Positions 8,618 to 15,929 of a stretch of DNA of 21,264 nucleotides are shown piece after piece; position 1 is the stretch's first letter, and each line of letters opens with the position of its first letter. The notes beneath the pieces were generated by a model, which worked only from the letters and a program-made list of their open reading frames with translations, made no database searches and had not been told where the DNA came from. The stretch covers positions 1-21,264 of the forward strand of contig JACPCX010000149.1 of the NCBI GenBank assembly GCA_016184305.1. The letters are read 5' to 3'. Both the position numbers and the translations under genes were made by a program. Source of the stretch: Candidatus Rokuibacteriota bacterium. GTDB lineage: Bacteria; Methylomirabilota; Methylomirabilia; Rokubacteriales; CSP1-6.

Positions 8618-9675
8618 CAGTCTGGCGGACGGCAATGGGTGTCGCGGCGGCGGCGGTCCTCGCGTGGACGGGGACGGCCACAGCGCAGACCGACCTGGTC
8701 GTGGCCGGCTACGGCGGCAGCTTCGAGACCATCTTCAAGCAGAAGCTCGCCCCGGGCTTCGAGAAGAAGTTCAACGTCAAGGTCAACTTCGTCTCGGGCA
8801 ACTCCACCGAGACCCTCGCGCGGGTGCAGGCGCAGAAGGACAATCCCCAGATCGACGTCACCTTCGTGGACGACGGCCCTGCCTTCCAGGGCCAGGCCCT
8901 CGGCCTCTGGGAGCCCATCGATGCCACGATCGTGGCCAATCTCAAGAACCTCTACGACCTGGCCAAGCACAAGGACGGCGTCGGCGTGGACATGGGCGTG
9001 GTCGCCACGGGGCTCATGTACAGCCCCGAGATCTTCAAGCAGAAGGGCTGGGCGCCGCCCACCTCGTGGAACGACATCGCCAGGCCCGAGCACGCCGGGC
9101 ACCTGGTGATTCCGCCCATCCAGAACACCTACGGGTTGCACGCCCTGGTCATGTTCGCCCGGATGAACGGCGGGTCGGAGAAGAACATCAACCCGGGCGT
9201 CGACGCGCTCAAGCGATTCCGGAAGAACGTGCTGGTCTTCGAGGCGCAGCCCGGCAAGCACTCCGAGCTGTTCCAGTCCAAGCAGGCGTGGATCGGCGTG
9301 TGGGGGAGCGGGCGCGTCTACTCGCTGGCCGACACGGGCTTCCCCGTGGCGTTCGTCTACCCCAAGGAGGGGGCGATCGCGCTGGGCGTGACGATGAACG
9401 TGGTCAAGGGCGCCAAGAACCGCAAGCTGGCCAACGAGTTCATCAACGCCATGCTGGACCAGGAGGCCCAGCAGGTCTGGGCCGAGGGGTTCAAGTTCGG
9501 CCCGTACAACAAGATGGTGAAGCTCCCGCCGGCCCTCGCCGCCAAGGTCCCCTACGGGACGGAGCAGATCGGCAAGCTCATGACGGGCGCGGCGCGACGC
9601 GAGGCGGGGACGGACGTGACGCTGTCCTGGGAGGCGGCCCACACGCTGCTGGTACCGCGGGGCGGCGGGGCATGA
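8614..9675 (+). CDS. ABC transporter substrate-binding protein (PotD-like) with an aberrant C-terminus resembling an ABC ATPase tail
   Basis: RBS AGGAGG (8602-8607), signal peptide, YGGSFE, PTSWNDI, YPKEGA and LANEFIN. After GKLMT (~9585) the sequence switches to GAARREAGTDVTLSWEAAHTLLV, which looks like a PotA-type TOBE end. Confidence 0.8.
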   Translation: MTVWRTAMGVAAAAVLAWTGTATAQTDLVVAGYGGSFETIFKQKLAPGFEKKFNVKVNFVSGNSTETLARVQAQKDNPQIDVTFVDDGPAFQGQALGLWEPIDATIVANLKNLYDLAKHKDGVGVDMGVVATGLMYSPEIFKQKGWAPPTSWNDIARPEHAGHLVIPPIQNTYGLHALVMFARMNGGSEKNINPGVDALKRFRKNVLVFEAQPGKHSELFQSKQAWIGVWGSGRVYSLADTGFPVAFVYPKEGAIALGVTMNVVKGAKNRKLANEFINAMLDQEAQQVWAEGFKFGPYNKMVKLPPALAAKVPYGTEQIGKLMTGAARREAGTDVTLSWEAAHTLLVPRGGGA

Positions 9676-10532
9676 GAGACGGGTTCCGCGCGGGTCTCGT
9701 CCTCATCGGCCCCGCCTGCCTCTGGCTCGTTCTCTTCTTCCTGATCCCGCTGCTGCTCGTGATGCGGCTCTCCTTCTTCGGCTTCTCGCCCGTGGGCGGC
9801 ATGATCCCGGCGCTCCAGCTCGGCAACTACTGGAAGATCTTCACGGACGAGTACTTCGTGAACCTCTTCGTGCGGACCTTCCGGATGAGCCTGCTGGTGA
9901 CGTTCTTCACCCTGCTGCTCGGCTACCCCGAGGCGTACTACCTCACCCGCATCCGAGGCCGGGCGAAGGCCGTGGTCCTCGTGGCGGTGCTCTCGCCGCT
10001 CATCGTGAGCGCCATCACGCGCACCTTCGGCTGGTTCATCCTGCTGTCGCCGACAGGGCTGGTCAACGGCGCCCTCATGGCCCTCCGGGTGACGGACACG
10101 CCCGTGAAGCTCATCTACAGCGAGACGGGGATCATCATCGGCCTCACCCACGTGCTGGTGCCCTTCATGGTGCTGTCCATCTACGCTTCGCTCCAGCGCC
10201 GGAACGCGGCCCTCGTCCCGGCGGCCCACACGCTGGGCGCTGGCCCCGTGCGGGCCTTCCTCGCGATCACGCTGCCGCTGAGCCTGCCGGGCATCGTGGC
10301 GGGGTCCGTGGTGGTCTTCACCCTCAGCATGAGCGCCTTCGTGACGCCCGCCATCCTCGGCGGCACGCGCGTGCGCGTGGTGGCGTACCTCATCTACGAG
10401 GAGTTCCTCCTCTCGCTCAACTGGCCCTTCGGCGCCGCCCTGGCGCTCCTCCTCGTCGCCATCACCATGCTCGTGGTGGTGGGCTACAACCGCTGGCTCG
10501 AGCGCGGGCGGTGGAGCGAGGTGTTCCGGTGA
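9672..10532 (+). CDS. ABC transporter permease, PotB-like (286 aa)
   Basis: Hydrophobic helices, LLGYPEAYYL, RTFGW, EAA-loop equivalent AAHTLGA and LNWPFGAALA. ATG at 9672 overlaps the stop of the substrate-binding gene. Confidence 0.92.
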   Translation: MRDGFRAGLVLIGPACLWLVLFFLIPLLLVMRLSFFGFSPVGGMIPALQLGNYWKIFTDEYFVNLFVRTFRMSLLVTFFTLLLGYPEAYYLTRIRGRAKAVVLVAVLSPLIVSAITRTFGWFILLSPTGLVNGALMALRVTDTPVKLIYSETGIIIGLTHVLVPFMVLSIYASLQRRNAALVPAAHTLGAGPVRAFLAITLPLSLPGIVAGSVVVFTLSMSAFVTPAILGGTRVRVVAYLIYEEFLLSLNWPFGAALALLLVAITMLVVVGYNRWLERGRWSEVFR

Positions 10533-11323
10533 GGGGGCTCTCGCGGCCTGCGCTCGCGCTCTTCAACGTGCTCTTCCTCTGCTTCCTCATCGCGCCCGTG
10601 GTGGTGGTCGTGCTGGTGGCCTTCACTCCGGAGGGGTGGCTCCAGATCCCCACGACGCGGTTCTCGGTCCGGTGGTTCCGGGCCATCCTCGACCATCCGG
10701 AGTTCATCTCGGCCTTCCGCAACAGCGCGCTGATCGCGGTGGCGGCCTCGGCGTTGTCCACGACGCTCGGCACGCTCGCCGCCCTCGGCATCGTGCGCCA
10801 CCGCTTTCCAGGCCGGGATCTCGTGCAGAGCTTCCTGCTCTCGCCCCTCATGGTGCCGACCGTGGTGAGCGGCGTGGCCCTGCTGTACTTCTTCTCCCGC
10901 GTGGGCCTCGCCTCCACCCTCACCGGAGTCGTGGTGGCCCACGTGATCGTCACCGGGCCCTATGTGATCCGCACCGTGAGCGCGAGCCTGGCGGGCTTCG
11001 ACCGGAGCCTCGAGCACGCGGCCATGACGCTCGGCGCGAACCGGCTGCAGACCTTCGGGCGGGTGACGCTGCCCCTCATCCTGCCCGGTGTGTCGGCGGG
11101 CGCCGTCTTCGCCTTCATCGTCTCCTTCGACGAGCTGACAGTGACGCTCTTCGTGACCGGACCGAAGCTCGTGACCCTGCCCATCCGGATCTACAACCAC
11201 ATCACCTATATCACCGACCCGCTGGTCGCGGCCATCTCGGCCACGCTGGTCTTCCTGACCATCGGCGTCGTGCTGGTGCTGGAGCGGCTGGTGGGGCTGG
11301 ACCGGCTCCTGGGGACACAGTGA
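10529..11323 (+). CDS. ABC transporter permease, PotC-like (264 aa)
   Basis: FSVRWF, SLEHAAMTLGA, AFIVSFDE and TLPIRIY. GTG start at 10529 (GTGA overlap). Confidence 0.92.
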   Translation: MRGLSRPALALFNVLFLCFLIAPVVVVVLVAFTPEGWLQIPTTRFSVRWFRAILDHPEFISAFRNSALIAVAASALSTTLGTLAALGIVRHRFPGRDLVQSFLLSPLMVPTVVSGVALLYFFSRVGLASTLTGVVVAHVIVTGPYVIRTVSASLAGFDRSLEHAAMTLGANRLQTFGRVTLPLILPGVSAGAVFAFIVSFDELTVTLFVTGPKLVTLPIRIYNHITYITDPLVAAISATLVFLTIGVVLVLERLVGLDRLLGTQ

Positions 11324-11607
11324 GCGCGACCCTGGACGCGGTCGTCGTGGGCGGGGGCGTGCTCGGCGCCACGGTGGCCTATCACCTCGCCAGGCGAGGC
11401 GCACGGGTGGCCGTCCTGGATCGGGGGCCCGGCGGCTTCAACGCCACCGCGGGCAACCACGGGCTTGTCTGGGCGCAGGACAAGGCGCCCTCGCCGTATC
11501 TCGGGCTCACGCTCCGAAGCATCGCGCGCTACCCGGACTTCGCGCGCGAGCTCCGAGACCTGACGAGCGTGGACATCGAGGACGAGTGGAGTAGGACGCG
11601 GGCATGA
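11320..11607 (+). pseudogene. Truncated FAD-dependent DAO-family oxidoreductase (HcnC/OoxB-like), paralogue 2, only 95 codons
   Basis: VVGGGVLGATVAYHLA and ATAGNHGLVWAQDK N-terminus. Similarity to the two neighbouring full-length paralogues (375 and 396 aa) stops at VDIE (~11580), followed by an 8-residue tail and a stop overlapping the next ATG. Confidence 0.8.
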
Positions 11608-12794
11608 CGAGCGCCTGGGATGCGATCGTGGTCGGCGCCGGGGTCATCGGCTCGGCGGTCGCCTACTTCCTCCAGGAGGAGGGTCTGAGCGTCTGCCTGA
11701 TCGACCGCGGGGCAGTGGCGGCAGGGACCACCTCGGCGAGCGCCGGTCACACCTCCGTGCAGGGCCGGGTGCCGGGGCCGGCGCTGGACCTGGCGCTCGC
11801 GAACGTCCGCTTGCTCGGCGAGCTCAAGCGCGCGCTGCCCGACGACTTCGAGTACGTGCAGTCGGGCGGGCTCATCCTTGCCGAGGACGAGACGGAGTAC
11901 CGCCTCCTCCGCCAGTTCGCGGCGAAGCAGGCCGCTCATGCGCCGGTGGAGTTCTGGGAGGCCGAGGAGTTGCGCCGGGCCGAGCCGCACCTGAACCCGG
12001 CGCGCATCCTCGGCGCGACCTACTGCGCGCTCGACGGCTACGCGAACCCGATGCGCCTGGCGATCGCGCTGGCGCATGCCGCGCGGGTCCGCGGCGCCCA
12101 GGTGCTCACCCACACCGAGGTGATCGGCGTCCTGACCAATGGCGGCCGCGCGGCGGGAGTGAGGACAAGGACCGGCACTCACCGGGCCCCCGTGGTGGTC
12201 AACGCGGCCGGCATCTGGTCGGCGGAGCTGGGCCGCCTCGCCGGCGTCACGGTGCCGGTGGTCCCCCGGAAGGGCGAGCTCGTGGTCTCGGAGCCCCTGC
12301 CGCGCCTCTTGCGCTGCGTGATCTCGCATGCCGGGCACATCCCCTTCGCTGATCACGGCCTCGAGGCCCCGCTCGAGGTCGAGGGGGAGCTGCAGAAGAA
12401 GCGCTACCTGAAGCAGACCGGGGCGGGCGGCTTCCAGGGGCGGTTCTACGTCGGCAGCACGAGCGAATTCCGCGGCTTCGACCGCTCGAGCACCTGGGAG
12501 GGCGTGAGCCAGCTCTGCCACTACGCGATCGACACGGTGCCCGCGCTGGCGCGCGCGCGTCTGGTGCGGGGGTGGGCGGGGCTGCGCCCGCGCAGCCGCG
12601 ACGGCAAGTTCATCATCGGCGAGGCGCCGGGGTGTCCCGGATTCTGGCTCGCAACCGGCCATGACTCCATCGGCATCCTCTACTCGACCATGACGGGTCG
12701 GCTCCTGTCCCGGTGGATCCGGACCGGCGAGCGCCCGGCCCTGCTGGCATCATTCGATCCCGCGCGGCCCTCCCTGGCCGCCGTGGCCTCGTGA
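11604..12794 (+). CDS. FAD-dependent DAO-family oxidoreductase (HcnC/glycine oxidase-like), paralogue 3
   Basis: VVGAGVIG, GTTSASAG, VVNAAGIWS, WAGLRP and LATGHDSIGI. Confidence 0.88.
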   Translation: MTSAWDAIVVGAGVIGSAVAYFLQEEGLSVCLIDRGAVAAGTTSASAGHTSVQGRVPGPALDLALANVRLLGELKRALPDDFEYVQSGGLILAEDETEYRLLRQFAAKQAAHAPVEFWEAEELRRAEPHLNPARILGATYCALDGYANPMRLAIALAHAARVRGAQVLTHTEVIGVLTNGGRAAGVRTRTGTHRAPVVVNAAGIWSAELGRLAGVTVPVVPRKGELVVSEPLPRLLRCVISHAGHIPFADHGLEAPLEVEGELQKKRYLKQTGAGGFQGRFYVGSTSEFRGFDRSSTWEGVSQLCHYAIDTVPALARARLVRGWAGLRPRSRDGKFIIGEAPGCPGFWLATGHDSIGILYSTMTGRLLSRWIRTGERPALLASFDPARPSLAAVAS

Positions 12795-12818
12795 GACACG
12801 ACAAGGAGACGGACATCC

Positions 12819-13136
12819 ATGACCCAGCCTGACCTGCGCATGAGCCCGCCCGCCGAGCGGGGGCGGGCGCTGACGATCCTCGTGGACGGGCAGCCGCTCG
12901 GCTGTCACGAGGGCGAGAGCATCGCCGCGGCTCTCCTCGCCTCGGGGTGCCGCTCGACCCGCGTCACGGCGCGCACCGCCGAGCCGCGCGGCTACTTCTG
13001 CGGCATGGGCGTCTGCCACGACTGCCTCGTGACGGCGGACGGCCTGCCCAACGTGCGCGCCTGCATGACCCCGGTGCGAGACGGCCTGCGTGTGGAGATC
13101 CAGCGGGGGCTCGGCGAGTGGGGGGGGCAGTCATGA
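12819..13136 (+). CDS. 2Fe-2S subunit (HcnA / opine dehydrogenase small subunit-like)
   Basis: GESIAAALLA, FCGMGVCHDCLV...RAC motif and RBS AAGGAG (12803-12808). Confidence 0.9.
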   Translation: MTQPDLRMSPPAERGRALTILVDGQPLGCHEGESIAAALLASGCRSTRVTARTAEPRGYFCGMGVCHDCLVTADGLPNVRACMTPVRDGLRVEIQRGLGEWGGQS

Positions 13137-14372
13137 GATCGGCCGAGTGCGTGGTGGTGGGCGGCGGGCCCGCCGGGCTGGCCGCGGCACGGACGGCCGC
13201 GCGGCATGGCGTCGGGGTGCTGCTGGTGGACGAGAACGCGGAGCTGGGCGGGCAGTACTACCGCCAGTTGCCCGCGGCCTTCTCCGGAGGGGCCGGAACG
13301 CATCCCGTCAAGGAGCAGGCCGAGGGGCGCCGGCTCATGGACGAGGTGCGCGGGCTCGGTGTGGAGGTGATGGCGGGCGCGGTGGCCTGGGGCATCTTCG
13401 ATCAGCGCATAGTGGCCGTGGCGACACAGGACGAGACCACGCGGATCGCCGCCGACACCGTCGTGCTGGCCCCGGGAGCGTATGACCGGCCCTTGCCCTT
13501 CCCGGGCTGGACGCTGCCCGGCGTGCTCACGGCGGGCGGCGCGCAGAACCTCATGAAGGCCTACCGGGTCCTGCCAGGGCGGCGCGTGCTCGTGGTCGGC
13601 AGCGGCCCGCTCCTGCTCGTCGTGGCGCATTACCTGCTCCAGGGTGGCGCTCAGGTCGTCTCGCTCTGCGAGGCCTCGTCCCTGCGGGGTCTCTGGCGCT
13701 ACGCCCACCGGCTGCTGCCGCACCTCGACTTCGTCCAGCAGGGACGCCGCTACCGGAGAGAGCTTGCCGGCGCCGGGGTGCCCGTCCTCACCGGCCACGT
13801 GATCCTGAGAGCGACGGGAACCACCGAGGTGACGGGAGCCACGATCGCGCGCTGCGACGACGACTGGCGGCCCATCCCCGGCACCGAGGTGACCATCGAC
13901 GCCGACGCGCTGGTCGTCGGCTACGGGCTCCTCTCGTCGCTGGAGCTGTCGCGGCTGGCCGGCTGCGAGCATCGCTGGGAGGCCGCCCTGGGCGGACTAC
14001 TCGGGCGAGGGCAACCGCGCGCGCGGGCGGCTCCTCCACCTGCAGGGCTTCCGGCGCGTGATGGACGAGATCTTCCGCTTCGGTGCGGGCATCTACTCCC
14101 TCGCGGACGAGCGGACGACGCTCTGCCGCTGCGAGGAGGTGACGGTGGGGGAGGCGCTCCTGGCCTTGCGCGAGGGGGCCACCCACGTCAACGAGGTGAA
14201 GGCCTGGACGCGCATCGGCATGGGGCGCTGCCAGGGCCGCATGTGCGGGCCCGCGCTGGCCCACCTGGTCGCGCGCGAGACCGGGCGGCCGGTGACGGAG
14301 TCGGGTGTGTTCACGCCGCGGCCGCCGGCGAAGCCCGTGACGATGGCGGCGCTGGCCCGCGAGATCGAGTGA
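13133..14372 (+). pseudogene. HcnB/OoxA-like FAD/NAD oxidoreductase with C-terminal BFD-like 2Fe-2S domain, split by an internal deletion/frameshift near 13995
   Basis: Frame 1 (13133-~13996): VVGGGPAGLAAA, GGQYYRQ, PFPGWTLPGV, GSGPL...GCEHRWEAALGG. Frame 2 (~13992-14372): ...LCRCEEVT...VKAWTRIGMGRCQGRMC...RPPAKP. The intervening T-x4-(I/V)(Y/F)AxGD segment is absent. Confidence 0.82.
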
Positions 14373-14520
14373 GCGGCCACCGCGGGGCGGCCGCAGCCAC
14401 AAGGGCAGACGGGTCTCGCGAAGAGGTGCGGACTCCGTGGCTCGAGGGTATGCTGGATTCGCGCTGTGCTGAACGGGCGGCGCGGAACTCAGGATCGCCA
14501 ACGCCAGGTCACGGAGGGTG

Positions 14521-14901
14521 ATGCTCATGCGCCATGTCACGATCGCAGCGACGGTCCTGGCGCTTCTCGCGACCGTCGCTGCCGCGGAAGCCCAGATGAA
14601 GCCGATGACGCCGCCCGCCCAGACCCAGGGGCAGGCGCCCGCGAAGCCGCAGTCCCCCGCCGCCCAGCGGCACCCTCAGCAGTCCCAGCAGCCCATGATG
14701 GGTGGCATGATGGGCGGCCAGGGCATGATGATGTGCCCGATGATGGGCGGCATGATGGGCGGGCAGGCCATGATGGGCGGCCAGATCGACATGTCCGACC
14801 CGAAGGCCGCGGCGCGGACGCTCAAGCTGCGCGGCGAGATCATGAAGGCCGTGGGCGAGGTGATGCTGAAGCACGCCGAGGCCCTCGCGCAGGAGAAGTA
14901 G
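14521..14901 (+). CDS. Secreted Met/Gly-rich hypothetical protein (possible Cu/Ag-binding)
   Basis: RBS-like GGAGG upstream, signal peptide (MRHVTIAATVLALLATVAAAEA), Pro/Gln linker, MMGG repeats with a central CP, and a helical C-terminus. Confidence 0.8.
   Translation: MLMRHVTIAATVLALLATVAAAEAQMKPMTPPAQTQGQAPAKPQSPAAQRHPQQSQQPMMGGMMGGQGMMMCPMMGGMMGGQAMMGGQIDMSDPKAAARTLKLRGEIMKAVGEVMLKHAEALAQEK
14695..14784 (+). repeat. Coding tandem repeat of ATGATGGG(C/T)GG(C/G) units (MMGG)
   Basis: Five MMGG units in MMGGMMGGQGMMMCPMMGGMMGGQAMMGGQ. Confidence 0.85.
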
Positions 14902-14913
14902 CCCGGAAGCCGG

Positions 14914-15915
14914 CTACTCGAGCATGAGGACGGCTGTTCCCTCCACCCGATCCCACGTGAGGTCCTGGAGCGCGCGGTTCGCGTCCATGAGCCCGTAGCG
15001 CGTCACGCGCGGGCGGATGGGGATGGCCGCGGCCTCGACCAGGAGCGCCTCTCCGTCCTCGCGCGTGTTGGCGGTCACGCTCGTGAGCGTTTTCTCCCAG
15101 AAGAGGTGGCGCTCGTACTGGAGCGGCGGGAGGTCAGTCATGTGGATGCCCGCCAGCGCCACCGTGCCGCCCTTGTCGAGTGAGGCCAGGGCCTCAGGGA
15201 CGATCTCCCCCGCGGGGGCGAAGACGATGGCCGCGTCCACCTTCTCGGGCAGCGCCTCGCCCGGCCCGCCCGCCCATTCGGCCCCCAGGTCCAGCGCCAG
15301 CCGGCGGTGGGCCCGATCGCGCGTCACCACGTAGACCGAGCAGCCCCAGTGGCTCGCGAGCTGGATGGCCACGTGCGCCGATGAGCCGAAGCCGTACATC
15401 CCGAGCCTGCCGCCGCGCCGGACCTGGCTGCGCCTGAGCGCGCGATAGCCGATGATCCCGGCGCAGAGGAGCGGCGCCGCCTCGGCGTCGCCGAAGCCCG
15501 GCGGAATGCGGTACGCGAACGCCTCCGGCACTATTGCGTACTCGGCGTATCCGCCGTCGTGGGTCCAGCCTGTATAGGTCGAGTCCTCGCAGAGGTTTTC
15601 CTTGCCCGTGACGCAGAAGCGGCACCGCCCACAGGTGGAGCGGAGCCACGCGATGCCCACGCGCTCGCCCAGGGCGAGCCGGCTAGTCCCCGCGGCGAGG
15701 GCGTCCACCACACCCACCGCCTGATGGCCGGGAACGAGGGGCAGCCGGCGCGCGGGCAAATCCCCCTCGATGATGTGGAGATCAGTGCGGCAGGTGGCGC
15801 AGGCGCGGATCCGCACGCGGACCTCGCCTCGATCCGGCTCGGGGAGAGGGAGCTCGGTCAGCGCGAGCGGGGAGCTGGTTACCGGCGCCTGGGCGGCAAG
15901 CAGCATCGCCCGCAT
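14914..15915 (-). CDS. Zinc-binding alcohol dehydrogenase family protein (MDR superfamily, 333 aa)
   Basis: Start MRAMLL at 15915. CRTDLH, PGHQAVG, structural Zn site CGRCRFC...ENLC, APLLCAGIIGYRAL and YGFGSSAH. The 970-aa ORF-track call is an over-extension. Confidence 0.92.
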   Translation of the reverse strand: MRAMLLAAQAPVTSSPLALTELPLPEPDRGEVRVRIRACATCRTDLHIIEGDLPARRLPLVPGHQAVGVVDALAAGTSRLALGERVGIAWLRSTCGRCRFCVTGKENLCEDSTYTGWTHDGGYAEYAIVPEAFAYRIPPGFGDAEAAPLLCAGIIGYRALRRSQVRRGGRLGMYGFGSSAHVAIQLASHWGCSVYVVTRDRAHRRLALDLGAEWAGGPGEALPEKVDAAIVFAPAGEIVPEALASLDKGGTVALAGIHMTDLPPLQYERHLFWEKTLTSVTANTREDGEALLVEAAAIPIRPRVTRYGLMDANRALQDLTWDRVEGTAVLMLE

Positions 15916-15929
15916 CGCAGTGCGCCCCG

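Noticed and set aside
7372..10532. ORF-track 767-aa and 660-aa products suggesting large fusion proteins
   Set aside because: These are upstream extensions in shadow frames. The real starts are at 8614 (RBS plus signal peptide) and 9672.
13975..14060. Programmed ribosomal frameshift in the alpha subunit
   Set aside because: There is no slippery heptamer, and a conserved segment is missing, which fits a deletion.
11604..14372. Calling the module HCN synthase (hcnABC)
   Set aside because: The same folds occur in opine and imino-acid dehydrogenases. Extra beta paralogues and an importer favour catabolism, so no symbol was assigned.
14695..14784. Short repeats as a CRISPR-like array
   Set aside because: They are in-frame coding repeats with no unique spacers and no cas genes nearby.
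14373..14916. GC hairpins after 14372 and between the convergent stops at 14901/14914 as terminators
   Set aside because: The stems are short and imperfect with no U-tract, so they are indistinguishable from GC-rich background.
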